A stretch of DNA of 64,000 nucleotides from Leucoraja erinacea (taxonomy: Eukaryota). Location: contig NC_073387.1 of NCBI RefSeq assembly GCF_028641065.1, forward strand, positions 3,162,001 through 3,226,000. Reading direction: 5' to 3'. The position numbers and the translations under genes are program-made. Below, one piece after another: positions 36,937-49,521 of this stretch (the first letter of the stretch is position 1; every line of letters begins with the position of its first letter). Under the pieces are notes generated by a model. It had not been told where the DNA came from. It did not search any database and saw nothing but the letters and a program-made list of their open reading frames with translations.

Positions 36937-37019
36937 CTAGTAGTCATCCAGGTCATAAAAGTCGTCCTCATCTCCTTGGTACTCCATTCCTTGAAAGTCC
37001 ACACGGTATCGTAGAATAC
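36937..37019 (-). CDS. ETF1: eRF1 last coding exon [27 protein letters not shown]
   Basis: cag|GT ATT CTA...TAC TAG, 83 nt, GILRY motif and acidic tail. Confidence 0.97.
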
Positions 37020-37254
37020 CTGTTAAAAAAACATTTATTACTGTGGCGCCCTTCACAACCTTCAGTCATATAGCATGAAAACAGGCCCTTCAGCCCACCT
37101 TGCCCATGCCGACCAAGATGTCCCATCTACACTTCCCATCCACCTGCCCTTGTTTGACTCGTATTCCTCTAAACCTTTCCTATCCATGCACTTGCCCAAA
37201 TGCCTTTTAGTTGTTATAGTACCTGCCTCAAATACCTCCTCTGGCAGTTTGTTC

Positions 37255-38401
37255 CAAAGATCCTATAGCAAGAAAGATAGATCACTCCTTCTAAATGCAA
37301 TGGGCTGACATGTAGTAGGCAACGGAGCAGAACGTGGGCCTTTTTTTCATCCATTCCAGTAACACGACCCGACCCGCAGTGTAATCAGCGTTGTGGGGGA
37401 ACAGTTTGTGTTAATAGAAACATAGAAAATAGGGGCAGGAGTAGGCCATTTGGCCCTTCGAGCCTGCACCGCCATTCAATATGATCATGGCTGATCATCC
37501 AACTCAGTATCCTGTACCTGCCTTCTCTCCATACCCCCTGATCCCTTTAGCCATAAGGGCCACATCTAACTCCCTCTTAAATATTGCCAATGAACTGGCC
37601 TCTACTACCTTCTGTGGCAGAGAGTTCCAGAGATTCACCACTCTCTGTGTGAAAAATGTTTTTCTCATCTCGGTCCTAAAGGATTTCCCCTTTATCCTTA
37701 AACTGTGACCCCTTGTCCTGGACTTCCCCAACATCGGGAACAATCTTCCTGCCTATCCAACTCCTTAAGAATGTTGCAAGTTTCTATAAGATATCCCCCC
37801 CCTCAATCTTCTAAATTCTAGCGAGTACAAGCCGAGTCTATCCAGTCTTTCTTCATATGAAAGTCCTGACATCCCAGGAATCAGTCTGGTGAACCTTCTC
37901 TGTACTCCCCCTATGGCAAGAATGTCTATCCTCAGATTTGGAGACCAAAACTGTACGCAATACTCCAGGTGTGGTCTCACCAAGACCCTGTACAACTGCA
38001 GTAGAATCTCCCTGCTCCTATACTCAAATCCTTTTGCTATGAATGATAACATAGGATAACATTCGCTTTCTTCACTGCCTGCTGAAACTGCATGCCTACT
38101 TTCAATGACTGGTGTACCATGACACCCAGGTCTTGTTGCATCTCCCCTTTTCCTAATCGGCCACCATGTAGATAATAAATTATAATTCTGAAAATGAGAA
38201 GATTTCTCCCAAATAATTTTTATATTTATGAGGATGTTTCCGAAACCAGCTTCCATCTCCTCACTAGTATCCTATGGGATATTTGGTGCTGAGACGGAAG
38301 CCAGTTACGGAAATGGGGCCGAAAATTACCCATGAATCTGCCCATGACCGTACTACGTCTTTTTCGTCGAGTGATCTATCTTGCTTGCTGTAGGATCTTT
38401 G
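37255..38401. mobile_element. Same MITE, with a CR1 3' fragment (about 37415-38170, minus) nested inside
   Basis: Perfect TSD GTTTGTTC (37247-37254 and 38402-38409); the MITE sequence resumes after the CR1. Confidence 0.88.
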
Positions 38402-39029
38402 GTTTGTTCCAAAGACCTAGCACTTTGCAAACAATAACTTTGTAAAGTCATTATAATAGATGAAAGGGACAGCTCATTAACAAGGAGGTAGCTCCAAACT
38501 GCACTATAATGAATAGATTATCTATTTCATTATCAGTTGAGAGACAGGTCAGGTCACCAGGGAGAACTTTCGCAATCTTCTTTCACTCGTGCAAGCCATA
38601 AAAGGGCAAGAACCAGCATTTTTTGCAAGAATTGGTTATAAGAATTTGTTAAAAATCAGTCAAACGCTCTGGGAATGAGAGAGCAATAAATTTATACTCG
38701 ATAGGAAGGAACTTTTTACATAAATACATTTGGAAAGAAAATAGTTTGACTGCACAATGGACTGAGTAAAACGTCTCTATGGCCATGCCTATTCTGGGCA
38801 TCAGCTGATCCCAAATGTACAATCTACAGAGCACTACGAGATCTGATGAGCATGCCCAAAATTATTTAAATATAAACTCCCCATCAGAGCTCAGATTTAC
38901 TGTACATGATCTTTGCCCATGTGTTATTTACAGAAATGAAATTAGGAGAACAAATAAGAAACTTAGAAATAGCTTGATTAGTTAAGGGGTTGGTTATCGG
39001 GACATGGATGAGAAAATAAACGTAGTTAT

Positions 39030-40530
39030 AGTCAAGAGGGTGATACAGTACACAGGCCGTTCATGCAAGTCCAGGGTGCCCATCTAAGATGGATCCATTT
39101 GGCCCATATCCCTTAATGATCCCATCCATGTACCCGTCCAAACTTTGTTTAAATGCTGTTATTGTACCTGCTGCAACTACTTCCTCCAGCAGCTCATCCC
39201 ATATACACACCAATCTGTGTGTTAAACCATTGGGTTCCTATTAAATGCCAAACTTATGTCCTAGTTCTTGATTCCCCTAACCTGGGAAAAAAAATTGCAT
39301 TCATCTTACTCGTATCCCTATTTGTTTCATACACCTCTATAACATTACCTCTCAGCCTCCTGTGCGTCAAATAGCCATAGCATACCAGACCTCTCCCTTT
39401 CGCTCAGGTCAAGTCTTGCAAACATCATAAGTCTTCTCCACACTCTTTCCAATTTAATGACATCCTTCCTGCAGCAAGCAGGATGACCAAAAGGGATCAC
39501 AATATTTCAGTACTTGTACTACTCGATATCCCCCTGCTCCACAACTTTCACCAGGGCCCCACCATTCACTGAAGGGCTTCCCTGGTTTCACATACCAAAA
39601 TGCAAGACTTCATTTATCCAAATTTGACTCCATTTGCCATTCCTTGGCCCACTTGCCCAGCTGCTAAGATCCCTCTGTAATTCTAGATAACCATCTTCAC
39701 TGTCCACAATACAACCCATTTAAGTGTCACCTCACCTAATCATGCCTTGTACATTCTCATCCAAATCATTGATATAGATGACAAACAGCACTGATCTGAG
39801 ACACAGCACCTGTCACAGGCCTCCAGTCTGAAAAAACAACCTTCCACCACTACTCTGCTGAAACATCAAACCAATTCTGTATCATACACAATACACAATA
39901 CAATTTATTTGTCACTTGAACCTCAAATGAAATGTTGGCTCTAGATCCTATGGGATCTAACCTTCCAGAGCAGCCTACTTTGCAAAACCTCAAAGGTCTT
40001 GCTGGAGTACAGATAGACCGTGTACACCTGACCCATGTCCCCTTTTTCCTGACCGGAACCTCAATTTATTTTGTTATTCATAGTTCCTTACTCCTAACCA
40101 GCCTTGTCCTACATTCTAGCAGAAACATGCATACCTTGAACTCTCACTATCACATTCAAATGAATCCTATCTTCTGGACATCCCTTTGCCCACATACAGC
40201 CTACAATTAATATTTGCAAGTTCCTGTTTAATACCATCAAATCTGGCATTGCCCCAATTTAAAACTTTAAATTGTGCACTGAAATAATTACTTTGAAGCT
40301 AATAGAACAGTGGTTGCTGGTCCCAAAATGCTACTAACACGAATACTTCAGTCCTTCCTAATAATAGTACAAACATTGCCCTCTCCCTTGTAGGGCCCTC
40401 TTTATATTGTCTGAGGAAACTCTCCTGAAATCATTTGACAAATTCCACCCCATCTAAACTTTTGGTATTATTACAGTCCTATTAGACAAGTTAAAACCTC
40501 CTACTATGACAACCCTACAGACCCAGCTAT
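39030..40530 (-). mobile_element. Old decayed CR1
   Basis: Degenerate CR1 tail, RT and endonuclease (VGGFN) remnants. Confidence 0.6.
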
Positions 40531-40724
40531 GACCATGGGTAGAAATCCTGGAGGGAGGGTTTGAGAGGTAGGGAACAATCTCCCCCCCCCCCATGTTTTG
40601 TGAAACATGTTGCAGCAAAACCACCACCACAGCCTCTGAAGTCAGCCGGCTCAGTGATGGCAAGTCCACAGACTGCGAGCCCTCAAGGTCGATTCCAGAG
40701 TCCAGCTCCTAGAATCTAGCAGCC

Positions 40725-41069
40725 TGGGACTAGATGCACTTTCCAGGTCGGCTCGCCCGCCTCGGAACTGGCTGCAGTTCCCAGGTCAGCTCGCTTGCCC
40801 CAGGTCTGGCTGTAGCGTCCAGGTCACCTGCGTGCCCCGGGACTAGCTGCATGTTCCCAGGTCGCCTGCGTGCCCCAGGTCTGGCTGTAGCGTCCAGGTC
40901 ACCTGCGTGCCCTGGGACTAGCTGCAGTTCCCAAGTCGCCTGCGTGCCCCGGGACTAGCTGCAGTTCTCAGGTCGCGAAGACGAATTGGAAAGAAAAGCG
41001 CCTGTGGGCCGGATGATTTTGGGTTACGGGCCGAATCCGGCCTGTGGGCCGTAGGTTGCCAACCCCCTG
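40725..41069. mobile_element. hAT/Charlie-like element end with an internal ~37-bp minisatellite
   Basis: About 7 units of CAGTTCCCAGGTCGCCTGCGTGCCCCGGGACTAGCTG, then GGGCCGAATCCGGCCTGTGGGCCGTAGGTTGCCAACCCCCTG followed by TCCTAGAT. Confidence 0.65.
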
Positions 41070-41279
41070 TCCTAGATGCCAGGCATCATTGTGTTAAATG
41101 TTTTATATTGTTTTAAACACCATGTTTTAAAAGCGATTTCTGCCCAAGAGTTGTCTGCAATACTCAGCATATTAGTTCCTCTAATTCCTGTTGAGTATTT
41201 GGGGATCTACAGTACAATCTTAACAAGGTTCATAGATGCTGCCTCACCCACTGAGTTACTCCAGCATTTTGTGTCTCCC

Positions 41280-41678
41280 TTCCATTGACTCCATTTATAC
41301 CTCACGTTGCCTCGGCAAGGCCAGCAGCATAATCAAGGACGGGTCGCCTCCTGGCCACTTCCCCTTCTCTCCCCTCCCTTCTGGCAAAATGTATACAAAT
41401 ATGAAATCACACACCTCCAGATTCAGGGACAGTTTCTTGCCAGCTGTTATCATGTAACTGAATCATTCTACGACAACTGCTAACTACCTCAATGATGACC
41501 CTCAGACTATCTTTGCTCAGACTTTACCTAGCACTAAACGTTATTCCCTTATCATGTATCCATATGCTGTAACTGGCTCAGTTGTAATTATCCAATGTCT
41601 TTCCACTGACTGGTTTAGTCCACAAAAGATTTTCACTGTACCTCGGTACACGTGACAATAAACTAAACTGAAACTGAA
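41280..41678 (+). mobile_element. Rex1/Babar-like LINE 3' fragment
   Basis: ORF 41236-41457 SIYTSRCLGKASSIIKD...TSRFRDSF; near-copy of 28583-28985. Confidence 0.72.
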
Positions 41679-42004
41679 TAATAAGAGTAGGTATTGATCC
41701 TAATTTGCAACCAATGTTAGCCGTAGCCAAACTACATTCAATTCAAGATGACAAGCAAAGAGAAGAGCCTGCTGCTCGCTGCTGGTACTAAGCCACACAA
41801 CCACATACTGCCTGCTTATCTAATGAACAGTTCTGGATTGCATGTTTTGTTTTGCCTAAATTGTTTGCTTTTTAAATTAAAGTAATTTTCATCACTTTAT
41901 GACCCACTATTTGCAGCCCTGTTCTTGGAATCTTGATTGAACTCGACAACATTTACATCTGATGGCTTTGGTGATGCCGTGCCTACTCAAATATGCAAGA
42001 GAAG

Positions 42005-42680
42005 ACATTGGAGAGGCCGCATTTGCAGTAGTGTGTTTGGTTTTGGTCACCCCACAATAGGAAAAATGCCATTAAGCTGAAAAAAATGCAGAAGACTTAC
42101 GATGAGGGGCTGAGCTATAGGAAGAGAATAGACAAACTAGGACTTCATTCCCTGGAGTGTAGGAGGCCAGGGAACGATCTTATAGAATTGTACATAATCA
42201 TGAGGGGAATTGATAAGGTGAATGCAGTGTATTTTATTCTGGGTCGGGGAATCAAGAACCAGAGGACAAAGCCTTAAGATGAGAGGAGAAAGATATAATA
42301 GGAACCAGAGGGACAATATTTTCATTCAGAGGGTGGTGGGTACATGGAATGAGCTGCCAGAGGAGGTAGTTGAGGTACATTACCAACATTTAAAAGACAC
42401 GTAATTTTGGTGCAGCAGTAGAGTTGTTGCACCAGAGACCTGGGTCTGATCCCAATTATGGGTGCTGTCTGTATGGAGCTTGTACGTTCTCCCTGTGACC
42501 GGAGGTTTTCTCTGGTTGCTCTGGTTTCCACCCACACTACAAAGATGTACAGGTTTGTATACTAATTGGCTTCGGTAAATTCTAAAATTGTCCCTAGTAT
42601 GTAGGATCGTGATACGTGGTGATCGCTAGTCGGCATGGACTGTGGGCTGAAAGGTCTGTTTTTGTGCTGCATGACTATAA
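42005..42680 (+). mobile_element. CR1 fragment followed by a V-SINE (about 42408-42680)
   Basis: DLIELY..MRG and QRVVGTWNELP remnants; SINE head and V-domain. Confidence 0.75.
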
Positions 42681-42728
42681 GCCCAATTTAGCACAGGTCA
42701 GGTTTTTTTTTAAAGATATGAATTGTAA

Positions 42729-43231
42729 AGGGCCTGTCCCACTTGGACGACGTAATCCACGAGTTTAGACCTGAGACGAGTTGAAAAAAATGTCAAGGTC
42801 GTGTTGACTCGCCGAAGCAAAAGACCTCCTACAACTATGTCTACGACCTCCTAGGACTATGTCTACGATCTCCTACGACCCCCCTCGACCTTAGTCTGCC
42901 ACACCCAAGACCAACTACGACTAGCTAAGAGTGGAAAATGATCACATGATAAAATGATGTCATGTTTACATTTTTTTTCCTCGGGCCAGATACCGACCTA
43001 TGACTACCCATGACTACCATCACGACCTACCTATGAGTAAAAAGTATCAATTTTTTCCATGCCGACCTTTTTTTTTTAGTCGTGGACATTTTTGATCAGG
43101 CTGGAAAAAACGCCGCGGCCTACTTGAGGCCACGAGTGCACGGAGATCACTCACGAGCATGAGGAAGAGTTACGAAGACCTCCTACGACCATGCTGCGAG
43201 TACAAGTCAAGGGCAAACTGGGACAGGGGGT
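42729..43231. mobile_element. PIF/Harbinger-like MITE
   Basis: TIR AGGGCCTGTCCCA / TGGGACAGGGGGT; flanks TAA and TCA; many internal CTACGAC repeats. Confidence 0.55.
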
Positions 43232-43722
43232 TCACATATAAAACAAAATAGTTATTCCCTAACAATCTATTATTTTGCCTTTTTTTCACAGCTTCAAAAT
43301 TAGGTCAAATCTTGAACACTCCAATTTGACAGTATTGGATATTTGTGGTGAGGGAATAGGAGCAGGCAATGAACTATATTAGCTGCAGCTACACATGTAC
43401 ATCCAGGCAACAAACACAAATATTCTAAAGTTATGATGCTCTTTAGTTACAACACTTTTGTTAGCTTGACTTAATGCCCTATATTTAGTGTGATTTTTGA
43501 AATCTGTCACTTGATTCTGTTAGAAAGCACCTAAATCACCAAAATAGTTGTGCTGCAATAATTGATAGTCATCCCCCACATGCATCTCCTTAGCAGCATT
43601 TTGCAATATCTAATTTGATTATCTTAGTTATAAATCCTCAACTAGTAGTCAGACTGAATTTACTGGACTGGTAAATGACATGGATGGAAAAGTAGGCCAC
43701 AGATATAGTCTCTGAGATTCTA

Positions 43723-43926
<204 letters not shown>

Positions 43927-44644
43927 CTAAATTTGTATTTTTAAAAAGAAAATTTAAATGTTTACCTTGTTAATTAAATGAAACCTGAACTATATTTTAA
44001 GTTTGCACAATTTAACATCATACATTCTGGACTAATAATTCAACTTTTATTTCATTCAAGAGACTCAGTTTTGTAAAAAGCATACAAAATGATCAGCCCA
44101 CCAACCATTTCATCAGTTCTTACCCATGAGCAGCGCACTACAGCATTTGAATAATCTCTAAACAGCTCTCCATTTAACCTGGTCACTCCCATTTTGCTGA
44201 CATGTAAAGGGAAGAATTTCAAGTAAAGATTACAGCATTGTTGGTAATGTCACTCAACAATGCAAACCTATTCGTTACAAGGAAAATCGGATCCAAAATA
44301 GGTTTTGCAATGATGGTGAGAGTGATGGAGAAGTATTGGAGAGTGATGGTGGAGGGTCGCTTTTGTAACAAGGAGCATTGACCATTAGTGTACCGGTTTG
44401 TAGAGGTGTTGGGACCCTTGCTGTTTCAAGAAGGTATCATTGGTAAGTTCATAGATGACAAATTGATACAAGGTGATGCACATTGGAAAGACTAAAGTAT
44501 TGGAAATGCCCATATGTGGCAGGGTCCAAGGGAGCAGTGTCCTTGAAGCACAAATCCGCAGATAAGAGGGATTGTTGTTTTCATTAGCTGGGCCAAGAAC
44601 ACAAGAGTGACATGAGGTGGATCTGGCAGGCAAGGCAAAGTAAA

Positions 44645-44875
44645 ATCCCCAAACAATTCTACACACTACAGACAAATTGCCAAATCTACCAAAGCCAATT
44701 AACCTACAAACCTCTACGTCTTTGGAATATGGGAGAAAACTGGAGTGCCCTGGGAAAACCCACGGGGTCAGAGGGAGAACATACAAACTCCGTAAAGACA
44801 GCACCCATGGCGAGGATCAAACCAGGGTCTCTGGTGCTGTAAGGCAGCAACTCAACCGTTGTGCCACCACGCCGT
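44645..44875 (-). mobile_element. V-SINE (HE1-like)
   Basis: Family match to the other copies. Confidence 0.75.
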
Positions 44876-45227
44876 CACTTGGGCGCTGGAGAGTATCGTA
44901 GAACAGAAGCACATGGGCGTACAAGTACATATAGTTCCTTAAAAATGACATGACAGTTGGACAGGGTGGTGAAGCCACCATTTGGCACCATGCCCTTCAT
45001 GAGTCAGGGCATTGGGTACAGGAATTGGGACAATGTGTTGCAATTATACAAGGCTGTGGGGGTGCCTGAGGATGGTGCTTTTTCCCAGGAAGAAGAATCA
45101 AGAACAAGAGAGCATAGGTTTACGGTGAGAGTGGAAAGATTTAAAAGGGACTCAAGGGTCGATTTCTTTACTCAGAGGGTGGTGCTTATTAGAGCCAGAA
45201 ATATGTCATTAGAGCCAGTTACAATAA

Positions 45228-46716
45228 TAATAATAATAACTTTATTTGTTAAGCACCTTAAAAACAACCAAAGCTGACCAAAGTGCTGTACAGAAAAAAG
45301 AAAACAAGCAAGACATCATAAAACAGGCAGAACAACAGAACATACAACTAACACGAGGCGCATAAATTACATACAAAAATCCAAACAATAAATTAAAAAA
45401 CATAAAACACAAGTACAAACAACGCAGCAAAACCAAGCAAATAAAGTTAATAAACAATTCGACACCTCACTGGTCTACAAAGGCCATGGAGAATAGATAT
45501 GTCTTCAGGAGTGATTTAAAAACAGCTAGAGAAGGGGCCTGTTTAACGTGCAGAGGCAATTCATTCCACAATCTCGGAGCCGACACAGCAAAGGCACGGT
45601 CCCCTCTGAGCTTCCGCTTAGTCTTTGGCTCAATCAGGAGCAGCTGATCATCTGACCTGAGAGAGCGGGAGGGCGAATAAGGGTGAAGAAGCTCAGATAG
45701 GTAGGACGGGGCAAGACCACTTAGGGATTTAAAAGTAAATAAAATAATTTTAAAACGAATCCTATACTGAATAGGCAGCCAGTGGAGAGAGGCCAAAAGG
45801 TGAGAAACATGATCATGCTTTCGTGTGCCTGTCAAAAGACGAACAGCTGCATTCTGTACCATCTGGAGACGGGCGATGGAGGACCGACTAACCCCCAGAT
45901 ACAGTGCATTGCAGTAATCCAGCCGGGTGGTAACAAAGGCATGGATTACCGTCTCAAAGTGCTTCCTTGACAAAATCGGCTTTATTTTTGCCAGCTGCCT
46001 CAGATGGAAAAAACCAGATTTAACAACAGCCCTTACCTGACAGTCAAATCTAAGCTCAGGGTCCACTTTAATCCCCAGGTTCGTGATGTTAGGTTTGAGA
46101 TATGCAGACAAAGAGCCTAGATCAACAGGGGGGGCCCCAGAGGTGCCACCAAAGATCATTACCTCTGTCTTGTCATCATTAAATTTTAAAAAGTTCAGTG
46201 ACATCCAGGCCTTTATGTCACTGAGACACTCAAGCAAGAGCCCGACAGAGTGTACACCCCCCTTTCCCAGAGGCACATAAAGCTGACTGTCATCAGCATA
46301 AAAGTGGAATGAAATCCCGTGCTTCCTAAGGATGGAACCGAGTGGGAGCAAATAGAGTGAAAAGAGGAGAGGGCCAAGAACTGAGCCCTGTGGGACCCCA
46401 CACGACAGAGGAGCAGAGGAGGATACAGAGTCCCCAAGGCTGACACAAAAAGTTCGATCAGCCAAGTACGACCTGAACCACTCCAGTGCTATGCCCCTGA
46501 TACCCACCCACTGCTCCAAACGGGAGATCAAAATTTCATGATCCACTGTGTCAAAGGCAGCTGACAAATCTAAAAGCACGAGGACAACACAGTCACCTTG
46601 ATCAGTAGCCAAAAAAATATCATTAAAAACCCTCAAAAGGGCCGATTCTGTGCTGTGCCGGGACTTAAAACCGGACTGGAAAACCTCCAAAACGTCATGT
46701 TCCTCCAAAAAGGCCA
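45228..46716 (-). mobile_element. L2 LINE, 5'-truncated, with uninterrupted RT/C-terminal ORF (stop at 45467)
   Basis: [54 protein letters not shown]; AATAAA plus (TTA)n tail; TSD ACAATAA (45221-45227 and 46717-46723). Confidence 0.92.
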
Positions 46717-47111
46717 ACAATAACATTTGCAGTATTGTTTACCCTGCTATAGGAAATATGTCATTAAGCTGGTCAAAGTACAAAGATGAATATTGCCACC
46801 GCGCCTCAGGGGCAGAGCATAGGGAGAGGTTGACAGGTTCAAACTTGATTCCGGAGAGAGCAGTAGATTGAGGGGTGACCTTAGAAAGATAGATAAAATA
46901 AGGCGGGGCAGAGATAAGGCTAACGTAATTTTTTTCCCAGGAAGAAGAATCAAGAACAAGAGAGCATAGGTCTAGGTGAGAGTGGAAAGATTTAAAAGGG
47001 ACTCAAGGGTCGATTTCTTTACTCAGAGGGTGGTGCCAGGGAAGTGGTAGAGCCAGTTACAATAACATTTAAAAGACATTGAGAGATGAACATGGAAAGG
47101 AAAAGATTTAA

Positions 47112-47425
47112 CGGCAGTCACAGCGGCGCAGCGGTAGAGTTGCTGCCTTACAGCGACTGCAGCACTGGCGATCCGGGTTTGATCCCGACTACGGGTGCTG
47201 TTTGTATGGAGTTTGTACGTTCTCCCTGTGACCTGCGTGGCTTTTCGCCGAGATCTTTGGTTTCCTCCCACACTCCAAAGACGTAGTTTGTAGGTTAATT
47301 GGCTTGGTAAATGTAAAAATTGATCCTAGTGTGTGTAGGATAGTGTTAATGAGCGGGGATCGCTGGTCAGCGCGGACACGGTGGGCCGAAGGGCCTGTTT
47401 CAGCGCTGTATTTCTAAACTACTAA
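47112..47425 (+). mobile_element. V-SINE (HE1-like), full length
   Basis: tRNA head, V-domain, tail GGGCCGAAGGGCCTGTTT...CTAAAC. Confidence 0.85.
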
Positions 47426-48216
47426 AAAATATATATAAACTAAACAGGATGCGGGTCTATGACAGACAAATGGGTTTTGCTGAATAGCCCTCCATCTCAT
47501 TTAGCCCAGTACCAGGTCTTTAAAAAACGAATTGAAATTTTACTTAGCCTCAGTAACTTCATTTTTGTTTGTGCTCAAAATAAAATGGTGTTTCTTGTGA
47601 TTTGCAATTCAAAATGTTTTGGATTATGTAGTTGGTGTACCTTTCAGGAATAAAAACCCAAATGCCACTTGCTTCAGTTTTCTTCCTCTAGCAATATTCT
47701 ACAGTAGGTCTAACCTGGTCACCTTCAAAAATGATTCTTCCTTGGTTGCTATTAACTGTTGTCCCCCCCCAGTCATGCACCAGGAAATAATGCATGGGGT
47801 TCAGACATTAACCTACCAACCACGAGGCCCTACACAAAAAAAGTCAATAGCATCTCAGGAAAATATAAGTACATTCAAATGGAAGGTAGACACTAAATGC
47901 TGGAGTAACTCAGCGGGACAGGCAGCATATCTGGATGAAGGAATGCGTGTCTTTTCGGTCAAAACCCTCCAGAGATGCTGCCTGTCCCACTGAGTTACTC
48001 CAGCATTGTCTACCTTCCATTTAAACCAGCATCTGCAGTTCTTTCCTACACACTAGTACATTCAAATGTTTTGCAATGGTGCCTTTTACAAGAGTCTTGC
48101 TACCATTAGTCACTGAATTGAAACCCTAACATTTTTAACTAGACAACGTTTTGAAAGAAAAGCAAAACACATAGCATTCAATTCTTTTATAACTGCTGAA
48201 CAGAATGAAATTGTAC

Positions 48217-48281
48217 CTCTTTGTCCGTGAAATGGGATTTATCCTTCTCTTGTTCAGGTGTCAGATACAAGATTTTCTCTT
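48217..48281 (-). CDS. ETF1: eRF1 exon [22 protein letters not shown]
   Basis: cag|AA GAG AAA...GAG|gtac, 65 nt. Confidence 0.95.
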
Positions 48282-48332
48282 CTGGGGAATAAAGGATACA
48301 GTGAAGCCGTCTATTGCATCCAATTGACATTA

Positions 48333-48569
<237 letters not shown>

Positions 48570-49188
48570 TTACACATTGCTTAAGCTAAGCATTCTAACC
48601 CATATCAATTAAACATTTTAAAATGCACTAGTGCCAACAAAATAACAGCTCCCAGGACTTTTATGGACAAGGTTACTGCCTAAAATAGTCCACATATATG
48701 GATGGCAGGCAAGATCAGACCACGTTCTTTTTAATGCCCAATGGCCCCAGAGAAACATAACAAAAATACTACCAGTAATATTGTACAAATTGTTTCATGT
48801 GTAATACAGGAACCATTACAATTTGAAATCAGCTGATTTGCCATAAAAACATGCGTGCACAACCTATGGTGAGAGCATGAACAACACGATGCACTACTCA
48901 AAGTGTGGCATTCAATTAAGGCATCATGTCAAGGATGTAAAAGGTTTCATTGAAGATTGGAGATCGAGAACCATCTTCAGCTATCACTCCAAAATCTGTT
49001 CCTTAATTGATAAGAAACCATCATCCACTTGTCATTATCATACTGTGGTTTGCAACAACGGAATTCAATAACCAAGTTCATTACAAAACAGTTGAGAATT
49101 AAAAAAAAAAAGTTGTTCATTAAGCACTCTGGCCATTCAGAGATTGTGAACGGGGTGTGTAAGTTGAAGCTCTTAACTTATCCAATCA

Positions 49189-49521
<333 letters not shown>

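Noticed and set aside
40725-40975. CRISPR-like array
   Set aside because: Units are contiguous with no unique spacers, no cas genes, and the context is a vertebrate genome
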